64,000 bases of DNA. It comes from a virus. The stretch spans positions 21,970 to 85,969 of IMG/VR virus record IMGVR_UViG_3300028299_000002; one strand, given 5' to 3'. The notes under the pieces are model-generated. The model was not told where the DNA came from, made no database searches, and saw nothing but the letters and a program-made list of their open reading frames with translations. A program made the position numbers and the translations under genes. Numbering within the stretch: position 1 is the stretch's first letter; each line of letters begins with the position of its first letter. This document shows positions 40,301 through 48,800 of the stretch, one piece after another.

Positions 40301-43300
40301 TGCATCGAACCACTGAAAGACTTGATGATATAACGGATGGATTTCTTGATCTTCGTTTGTTCTACAAGTTTATATTTTCCATCGTCAATATTTTTAAGAA
40401 ATTCTGTTGGTGATTCATACGATTTATCAACTATTTCACCATTCTCATCTAATTTTTCTACGGCTACATATATTCTACCGGAATTATTTTTATCAATAGA
40501 GACATTGGCCTTGTAATCGTCAAAATAATATATCTGTGATTTGTTGTATTTTTCTAATTCAGTGACCGGCGATAACTCATAACTGTCATATTCTTCTTTT
40601 GGTAATGGCTTCGAATAAACTACTAACCCATATCTGCTTCCATCATCTTCCCAACGGACGTAACCAAATTGTTTATCGCTTGGATAGGTGCCTATACTGA
40701 ATGGCCGATAGCATAATTGATATTTGTATTCTAAAGTCTTTTTATCATCCTGTTTAGTTTTCCGGTTCTGATAATCATGTACCGTAGATATTTTTCCAGA
40801 TTTGGTTTTCCGGGTATGTTGTTTGACGTGAGACTTAAATATGAAACGGTAATTCATCTTTGCTCCAATTGGTTGCGATTTATAAATATCAATTGTCTTA
40901 TTATTAAATGTCCCACGATTATCCACCGCTTTGATTTGATTGGCTTTTAAGGTAATCCATACCCTGTGCTTTATATCAGAATTGGTTGCAATACCACCAA
41001 TATGAGTTATCCCATCATATCCATTTTCTTTGACAATTTTCTTTATGATTACATCGTTTAGATACTCTTTATCAACACTATCGCCAAACATCCCCATTTT
41101 AACGGCTGTTAATTCTTTTAATGCAGCATAAAAATTAAGGTACGTTTTGGCATCTAATAATTTGTCTTTATACAGTTTTTTATATTTATTTTCATTCCAT
41201 GTGAATCCATACGGTGCATGTTTAGACTGTTCATCATGGAAATTTTTTAAACCCTCTTTTATTTCAGGTGTATCTAATACTTTTTGTTTCAAGGATTCTG
41301 GTATCGGATCATCCATATTCAGCGGATTTTTGATATTCAGATACACCGAATATGTCATAGGTTCTAATGGCTTTAAATTCTTTTTCAGGCGACTATAAAA
41401 CTCCCGGTCTGTTGGCATGTGTTCTTTGTGCATGTATTTAGAGCTATCAATATATTGATTTAATTCAACATCACTCATATTGGGAACGCTTTTCAGACTG
41501 GCTATTCTTTTCTTTAGTGCAGCTCGTCGGCTTATCAACCAACCAGGTGATATTGATCCATAACCATATTTACTGCCAAGTTTATAATATTCCCGATAAT
41601 CCTTTAGTCCCTCTGACTCTTTTATCATTTTCAGAACATCAGCCAGTTTCTTTTCATTTTCCTTAACACATTGGGACGCAATATTATTGATCGTCTTTCT
41701 TACTTCTTTATCCTGAAGATTATATAATTCATCATAGGACGTGCCTAATAATGGTATATCCAATCCCTTTTCTTTGTATGAATCGGCAACTTCCTTATTT
41801 TCGGTAAAATAGAATCCTTTACCCATTAATCCCGGCAATAGAGTATTGGGATCAAATGCTTTAAATCCACCATAATGAGTACCATGAAATACAATAAGCG
41901 GTTTACCGGTTTTATCGATAACCTTACTGGATTTATCCGGTTCATTTTCCCAATCCCCAAACCATGCTTTAAATTCAGGGCTTTTTATATTTAATGATTT
42001 ATAATTTTCTATCCCCCTATTGATAAGATAATTTGGCAAATCCTTTTGGGTTTGTTGAGCATATATACCCTCTTTTACCTGCACGAACTTTCCGATATTC
42101 AATCCGGTGCGCAACTTGAATATTTCTTCCATCCTCTTTTTACGTTCTTTCATCCCGGAAGTAAGCAGGGGACGACTTATTAATGTCCTGTAATCATCAA
42201 TATATTTTTGCCGCCATTTTTTTGACTTCCATTTTGGATTTTTTTGAACACTATTATCGTATGATTTCACCCGTACTATTTTACCCCGACTGCTTGCTCT
42301 TACATGCTGCTTTACATGCGATTTGAAGATGAATCTTACCGACTTCGTTATATCCGGGTCTTTCGGGTCGAATGTACCTCGATTACCGATTGCTGATTTG
42401 ATCTGATTCGGATTGAATGCTATCCAGTTATCATAATTCAATTCAGGATATTTGGTTTTACCAGATTTAATATAAACTCCGTCATATCCATTTTTTATCC
42501 CCCATTCTCTCATTGATAAGAAATAATTCCTACTGCTTTCATATTGGCCCTTGTCGTATTTCGCTCCCTCTACGCCTCTCCAAAAATCAAGGTCTTCCGC
42601 AAAATCTTCCGCCTCTAATTCAATTGGATTTGTGATCTTGAGATATACAGGGATAATATTTCCGCCCTCTTTGTCCGCAAATTCATTGGCAAGTTTTATA
42701 TCCGTTGCAAAATAAAATCCATAATGAGCAGATGGATGAGCTGATCTACCAAGCATCATTTCATCAAATATTTTGAAATTCTCATTCGTCCCGTGATAAA
42801 CCACCAATGGCTTTCCATCCTTATCCACAACCTTAGAATTACCGAACCACTTTTCGAATTCCGGCGTATCGGTTACGGGTATTTTATTCCTCAATTCATT
42901 CTGTTTTGCAAGTTTCAGAATTGCTTCATTGCCATGCTGAAAATCCTTTGTGCTGGCTGCCTTTGTTAATAAACCCGGTTTGAATGTCGTATATCCATCA
43001 GTCAATGCTTTATCAACTGCCTCTAATTTTGTTTTGCAATAGGATTCACCACTGAATCCCTTTTTATCGAACCATGTAATTTGCCATTTATAATTCTCAT
43101 CGGAACTTTTCCTGATCAATGCTCCAAGCCAATAACCATCACCATTGGCCATTAATTCCATTGGTTTATTGCCGTATTTATGATTCCAGTATTTTAAGGC
43201 CAAATGTGCTTGTAATTTTGTCGTTATCGGCAGTGCATGATATTTTGAGATTTCATTCAAGTCCAGTATGTGCTTAGAATAAAGAATTCTCTTATGAACT

Positions 43301-45831
43301 TTAATATCTCTATCTGTAATACTGGAAGATGATCTGAGTAGATAAGTATATTTGAATCCATCGCCCCTCAGATTGTCTCTTATGTCGTTATCCGGCTTTT
43401 CTTTTAAGTATATTTCAGCATAATCCACACCCTTTTGCTGAATAGCATCCATGATATTTGCATCATTCAATTTGATTATCTTATTATCGTAATCAGAGAC
43501 ATGCACTACTTTACCTGTCTTTGTAGCTCTGAAATGCGATTTTACATGAGATTTCGTTATATCCGGGTCTTTCGGATTAAATTCACCGCTATTACCAGTT
43601 GCCGATTTGATTTGAGTAGGTGAGAATACAGCATAATTACATGTACTATTCTCTTGCATTTTTATCCCATCGTAACCCAAATCATTTATTATTTTGAAAA
43701 TATCTTCTTTGGTAAGTTCAAATAGTGTCCAGTTATCTTGTTTTTTTAAATATGTTACCTTTTTCGAAGCCCTATACGAATGTATTGTGCTATGTACGTG
43801 ATCAAATATTGCTCTCCGATATTCATTATCACTAACATCCCCATTTATTCTGGCTTGTTTTAACTGATCGGCTGTATAGATATCATTATAAAGTCTATAT
43901 CCGTTTACTTCTACTGGTTTGCCGTCCATTAATAATGCTTTTTGTTCGTCGGTGATGTGATTTATTACATCGTATCTGCTATGTGTGGTATATATTACTT
44001 CGTCCTTCGTTTCTCCAATAAATAGATCATTATTGTAACCAAAATGATCCTCTCCAATTACTTTGCCAAATTTGGCATTATCAATCTGTTTTTGTTTCCA
44101 TTTTGGTGGTACTGATACATTACCATGCAATCTTCTTATAAAGCCTTTTTTGGTTAATATTTTACCCGCAAATCCATAATGAATTTTATCGGGTAAGGCA
44201 CTCATTAAGTTATCCAAATCAGGCTTATTATTCGGATTAAACAATTTCTCAGATTTTAAATATACCGGTAAAACAATTGCACTATTATCTATACCCCGAT
44301 CAATTGCTTTTGTCTCAGCATAATCTCTGGCAAAATTCTGATCGTCGGAAAAAAAGAAGTTGTTACCCCTAAAAGCCTTGAATTTATATAATGTCCCGTG
44401 ATAAACCACCAATGGCTTTCCATTTTTATCCACAACTTTAGAATCACCAAACCACTTCTTGAATTCCGGTGTCTCGGTGATAGGTGTCTGTTTCTTCGTT
44501 TTCCGGTTCTGATAATTCCTGACCTGGACGATTTTACCTTTAGAAGATACTCGTTGATGTGCTATGACTTGCGATTTATTTAATGATGAGAATCTATTTA
44601 TGGCATAATCTATCAGTTCATTGAATTTGCGCTTTGCATCCATTGACGCATATTGTTTTTTCTCGTTTAAATTATCCGACATTTCAACAAATGCCTGTTT
44701 CATTTTCTTAATATCATTGGTTTTAGCAACTACATCAAATTTGGATTTTTGCTCACTGATTATCTTTGCCTCACTTATATCCCGGTAAAGTTTGTCAATT
44801 ATACCCCAGATATTAAAATTGCTTCGATAACTTGCTTTTGATAAAATGTTGCCAGTATTTTGAACATAACTTTCAATAATTCGTTGTTCTTTGTCTGTCG
44901 GAGAAAAACCCTCAAAAGACATTCCTAATTGTTTTAACGGTACATTTTCAGAAACAAATTTCTCCCATTCCTGATCATTCATTGTTCGTCGCATTGAATA
45001 AAGTATCGTCAGCTCTTTATTTCCCGCCGCCTCTTTTTGTATCTGTACCCACATTTCAGGCATATATCTACGGATATATCCATGATAGGTCATTTTCGTA
45101 CCGTCTTTTAATTCAACTCCCCATCGAAAATAGTGATTTGATTCATCACTTTTATACCAGTAATCTTCTTTGTTTTCATACACTTCGTTTGCAAAAGCAA
45201 GTCGGTCATTCCCATAATTATCGACATAATCCATTTTCGGAGCATTCAGGTCTTTAAAACTATTCAACCGCCTGGCAATAACAGGTGGTTTACCACTTTT
45301 GGTTTTCTTATTCTCGTAATCCTTAACACTAATCATCTTGCCGGTTTTGCTCGTTTTAGTGTGGGACTTTACGTGCGATTTCTCGATCTTCTTACCCTTC
45401 TTCTCAATCCTCTTTTTGAATGTTTCCATATCCAGTATATCATAACTCTGGAGATACTTTTTATAGTCATCATAATGCTCTTTGAAGGTTTTCAAAGCAT
45501 CCGGCAATGTATCAAATCCCAGAAATACCTTATCCTCATCATATTTATTATTATCGGGATGTTTGATGTGAATGACATAGACCTTATCCGATTCTTTATT
45601 TGGTCCAACAAAGCAATCCAAATGATCACCATCAGTTCCCAATGTCCCCCGGATATAACCATAAGGGATTTTCATTTTCGTTTGCCATTCGCCGTTTTTA
45701 TCCTCTCCACGGCGGATTGATCCCTTACGGTTCTCGACACTTATAGGTAGTCCCTGGAATACTGTTTTATAATGAAGTTTGCGGCTCTTGAATATAAACC
45801 GCACATTACTGAGTATTCTCAAATCATTCAT
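37357..45831 (-). CDS. Giant polyvalent protein: InPase-like, 3x ART-PolyVal-like, DarA_C-like, SNF2 helicase
   Basis: GDHLDCFVG/DEDKVFLGF; three PEFxxWFG..YHGT..GYDG..QIKS domains; YRPFSIGTYP..YELSP; AGTGKS, DEAH, TEGLNLQ. Confidence 0.85.
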   Translation of the reverse strand: MNDLRILSNVRFIFKSRKLHYKTVFQGLPISVENRKGSIRRGEDKNGEWQTKMKIPYGYIRGTLGTDGDHLDCFVGPNKESDKVYVIHIKHPDNNKYDEDKVFLGFDTLPDALKTFKEHYDDYKKYLQSYDILDMETFKKRIEKKGKKIEKSHVKSHTKTSKTGKMISVKDYENKKTKSGKPPVIARRLNSFKDLNAPKMDYVDNYGNDRLAFANEVYENKEDYWYKSDESNHYFRWGVELKDGTKMTYHGYIRRYMPEMWVQIQKEAAGNKELTILYSMRRTMNDQEWEKFVSENVPLKQLGMSFEGFSPTDKEQRIIESYVQNTGNILSKASYRSNFNIWGIIDKLYRDISEAKIISEQKSKFDVVAKTNDIKKMKQAFVEMSDNLNEKKQYASMDAKRKFNELIDYAINRFSSLNKSQVIAHQRVSSKGKIVQVRNYQNRKTKKQTPITETPEFKKWFGDSKVVDKNGKPLVVYHGTLYKFKAFRGNNFFFSDDQNFARDYAETKAIDRGIDNSAIVLPVYLKSEKLFNPNNKPDLDNLMSALPDKIHYGFAGKILTKKGFIRRLHGNVSVPPKWKQKQIDNAKFGKVIGEDHFGYNNDLFIGETKDEVIYTTHSRYDVINHITDEQKALLMDGKPVEVNGYRLYNDIYTADQLKQARINGDVSDNEYRRAIFDHVHSTIHSYRASKKVTYLKKQDNWTLFELTKEDIFKIINDLGYDGIKMQENSTCNYAVFSPTQIKSATGNSGEFNPKDPDITKSHVKSHFRATKTGKVVHVSDYDNKIIKLNDANIMDAIQQKGVDYAEIYLKEKPDNDIRDNLRGDGFKYTYLLRSSSSITDRDIKVHKRILYSKHILDLNEISKYHALPITTKLQAHLALKYWNHKYGNKPMELMANGDGYWLGALIRKSSDENYKWQITWFDKKGFSGESYCKTKLEAVDKALTDGYTTFKPGLLTKAASTKDFQHGNEAILKLAKQNELRNKIPVTDTPEFEKWFGNSKVVDKDGKPLVVYHGTNENFKIFDEMMLGRSAHPSAHYGFYFATDIKLANEFADKEGGNIIPVYLKITNPIELEAEDFAEDLDFWRGVEGAKYDKGQYESSRNYFLSMREWGIKNGYDGVYIKSGKTKYPELNYDNWIAFNPNQIKSAIGNRGTFDPKDPDITKSVRFIFKSHVKQHVRASSRGKIVRVKSYDNSVQKNPKWKSKKWRQKYIDDYRTLISRPLLTSGMKERKKRMEEIFKLRTGLNIGKFVQVKEGIYAQQTQKDLPNYLINRGIENYKSLNIKSPEFKAWFGDWENEPDKSSKVIDKTGKPLIVFHGTHYGGFKAFDPNTLLPGLMGKGFYFTENKEVADSYKEKGLDIPLLGTSYDELYNLQDKEVRKTINNIASQCVKENEKKLADVLKMIKESEGLKDYREYYKLGSKYGYGSISPGWLISRRAALKKRIASLKSVPNMSDVELNQYIDSSKYMHKEHMPTDREFYSRLKKNLKPLEPMTYSVYLNIKNPLNMDDPIPESLKQKVLDTPEIKEGLKNFHDEQSKHAPYGFTWNENKYKKLYKDKLLDAKTYLNFYAALKELTAVKMGMFGDSVDKEYLNDVIIKKIVKENGYDGITHIGGIATNSDIKHRVWITLKANQIKAVDNRGTFNNKTIDIYKSQPIGAKMNYRFIFKSHVKQHTRKTKSGKISTVHDYQNRKTKQDDKKTLEYKYQLCYRPFSIGTYPSDKQFGYVRWEDDGSRYGLVVYSKPLPKEEYDSYELSPVTELEKYNKSQIYYFDDYKANVSIDKNNSGRIYVAVEKLDENGEIVDKSYESPTEFLKNIDDGKYKLVEQTKIKKSIRYIIKSFSGSMQQKYPGGKWITITDKSSPMHGRHIFIVPHSDGTATIAWAPGKSGLTHKVLQPKSAKNDEAKKEETDNKKPELSEDERDEAVNRKKEIETAQKQTKEELHSKIREKLGVQTDISKEERDKIEKDISKIADTKERNIERLKQLHKIKSERDKAIDEVISEAKEAMLGSDTTDLPDEKKHLREIIKENAEEFLKFHYQIKAYQREKSAVSKILQNKVKYTGGSDIMEIKPMSNDEILEVLKNEKAVEMEIDDHYRLIINTRGGINKQGEEITGKGTGSTTIARNITKGGFEAMIGITGESSGNSIMDLDTYKTLGSSNAAMLMNYYLENSMGADKYGNEISNLKKYIEKHGQNVAKNGMQNGDKYLDRAQRTKNFGHGEGALFGDRVQANATALQYIQRAYESYGQAEGSLNQAAELLYQFENKKRNMEFSSSSRSRLNSIRDKLKLNKSDVNITMLGEGSYKMTIRPAAFEKMIKERPIVTKQQIGEMTTSDIKAGKANISDYLPEGLNAYLPPDKNGVSQKLVITPHQQSAARLIAKEKRAYLNFEAGTGKSAAYLSAIAEIREQTGKMPKTIISMPKKLMPNFSDEVKKFSDFNVIIVDSSNKNARQKLYNSDPNTIVLVNKEKYLFDNDIIKGAGFDMMIVDEAHKSTQREGRGSSGMSKGLSDLAASMPYFVAGTGSPTPNDLSELYFYLKTIDPEKYGNQKAFMEKYKNLHRGAGMKDKLTEILHREIDDRVFTVRKDLQHTFNQHIHNAGLSDIQKTQYKKTMEDYKAKKFDVLQRDQKLNRVLNSTKFENNEKFTKMGDIINEHIKTKGPDEKVLIYAQQYGTVNEIERYLKKNYPGSGIVRFDGKTKLDDIDKNKTSFRTDKNVRFAIHTDAGTEGLNLQYTGKPGEMGATTAIAMASGANSYSTIDQFFSRSNRTGVPKEMTVDGHLVLTDTPHDIRTETRLEDKKSVMSLVDNAKRTDDQGVLMKSNKIVFVI

Positions 45832-48800
45832 TTATTCACCACCGAATACTGATTTCCGTAGTTCTTTCTGTTTGCGAATGACCTTAAACATCTTGTCAAA
45901 TTCTTTATTTATAGTTGTTCTTTCCTCTTTTTCCGGATATGGTATTGCGATAAAACCATCTATCATAGGCACTATAATTTCTCCATGAGCTCGATAAACA
46001 AGAAAATCACTCTGGTTTCCTTTACCCTTGATCTTATCCTCTATATAGGCCGCAAATGCTCTGGCTGCCATCTCATGTGGTTCGCTCCAATAATCACCAA
46101 CCCGCGCTTGGTCCAACTTTTTCGCTTCAATCGCATAGGATGTCGGGACAGATTTTGTCTTTACAGTTGATTTCTTTGCATCATTAACCATTTGTAAACG
46201 ACCATCATATATTTTCATTGCAGCTGCAAGTTCATCCATACATCCATACCTGTTTTGATTATCAAAACCAGATCGTCCTCTAACATCTTTATATATTTTG
46301 CTAATAGATTCAAGCGTATCAGAGGAAAAATGACCGGAACCATATCTGCTTTTACTATTAGTGGATGGATAGTATTTTAATTTCAGGTCTTTCCCTTTTA
46401 TCAGTAGTTTGGTCAATTTGTCAAATTCGGCAAGTTGTTCCTTTGACGCTGGTAATAATCCCCTCGTATTACTTCGCCAGGTATATGTTTTAGTCAGATC
46501 GGATTTAAGGTCTTTTCTAATTGAATCAATAGAACTTTTTATTTGTTCCCGCGCTTTATTGACAAATATATCGACCTTTTCCCTGTCTTCGACATATTTC
46601 ACAGGCTTTTTATAAATATTATCCATTAGACTTTTAAAAGTAGCAATCATTTCCGGTTTTAATTGGGAATGATAACCTTCACCATGACTAATAAAATTCC
46701 TATCGATGTTCGTTTTCCTAAATACCTTATCGCCATTGTCATTTATTATCTTTTCGGATGGTGACTTTGAATCTTTACGTGCAAAATAGTGATCCAGGGC
46801 GTGAAAATACTCGTGCCCTAATGCCCCCGCACCCTTCATTTTAGTCAAGTTGATTACACCATAATCCAGTTCATAATGAGCTTTTGCACCGGACAATCCT
46901 GCGCCCCTTGCCCCAAATGCAATTGCCAATTCACCACCAAGCATTAATTCACTCGGAGTTACACCTAATACATCCGCAAGGTCTAATAATCCATCATAGG
47001 CGTGATTCAATACCTGTTGACGTTCAGATTGATTATTCCAATTACCAAATTCAATGCCTCTTGGTTTGAACTTTTTCATAAACATTTCAGGAGTGGCATC
47101 TTGATTCCTTCTTACGGTTCCTCTTCTAATCGCTATTTCGGGAGCGGGTAATATTTCTTCCCCAAAAGTAGTTTTCGTTTCCAATAATTCTTCAGCATGT
47201 TTTACCATGTATAATTTTGCCTCTTCTTCAGTTGCAAATGTCCGATCTACAATTTTCAGAAACTTCCTGTCTGTTATCCTTTTTAATATTGAATATCTGT
47301 CCTTTTCATTTCGATCTTGGAATACCCTGAATTTTTCCGCAACTGCATATAATGGTATCGCCTTTTCAGCCTCTTTTTCTGAATTATATACGGAATCCCG
47401 CCTGGTTGCTAATCCATATTTATCACCCTTTTTGCCAATTACCCAACCACTCCCATCAACTCTTTTCAATACTATATATTTATCCCGCCACGGTGACAGA
47501 GTATTCTTTTTTGTCGTCCGTTTATTTCTGGAATAGCCAAATTGCGCCGTATCCTTTCTTGCCCCACCTATCTTTTTACCAAAATCAATGATATTGCCCT
47601 CTTTGCGTCGTGCCAATACTTTCTTTTTCGCCGCTCCGGTTACTTCTTTCCAATCTTCAGGCTTGCCGGTACTTTTAATCTTCTTCCACATGGTCCCGTC
47701 TTTATGAACCGACACATGTCCAACCGGGAACACTTTACCCCTGATTAGAAAATGAACAGATTTTAATAACTTACCGAAATCAAATTTCAGACTGAATTTT
47801 ACTTTACCCCCCGTAGTATCTATTTCAGTGTAATAATCCATTGCACTGTTGTTCAATAGTTCAAATCCACTGCCAGGATAATATTGCCCGTCGTTCTTTC
47901 CCGTTGTATATATCATTTTGTTCTTATTGTGATCGCAGTAGATAACACTGTCTTGATTATACTGCTTCCCAAGTTCAACGAGTTCTTTGTCCTTGACATT
48001 CGGGACCATAACCATATAACTGTCTTCAATTTCGCCATATTTACCGGTGACTTTTACAAATTTCAATCCCTTTTTAATAAGGTCTTCCCGTAGTTTCTTC
48101 TCACGGTTTTTTATATCCGGTTCCGTTAGTTTTTTATCATCGGGATCATTGGGATTAATCCCGGCGCTGATAAAGCCTACAATGCCATATTTTAATAACG
48201 TAGTGACTTCCTTTTTGGATAAATGTATTTCACCGCCTTTACCAGGCATATCTTGTTTACATTTCTCAGATAGCGATTCAGGTATTTTGGCATTGTGATT
48301 GTTTTTCGAATCCTCTTTAGGCAATTCCCATGACCGATTTATTGGATGCCCGGAACTTACCGGACTCTTTTTAGTCTTCTTATTCGTATATTGATTTACG
48401 GTTACTAATTTCCCGCTTGCACTCATTTTCGTATGTTGCCTGACTATCGATTTGAATAGTTCAAAGGATTTTCTTACCCATCTTTTCTTCCGTGTTTCCT
48501 TCTTCACATTCTGTTTTGTTAGATATTGTTGTACCGAGCCACCGCTATGAAAAAATGCGTCTGCCGTTTCCAGCTCTTTCACGATGGTCGATAAATAATT
48601 CTGGAGTAATTTCAACTCCTCTTTGGTTTTGCCAAGTTTCCCCTGCTGCTTCAGTATCGCCGGTGCCAGTTTGTAATTCTTATTGTCAATGATCCTTTCC
48701 GCCGCTTTGACCACATTACCCAATAATCCGGCTAATTGACGTTTAACCGCCTCAACCTTGTTATTATTGATCTGGCTTATACCGGTTATGACATTACTGG

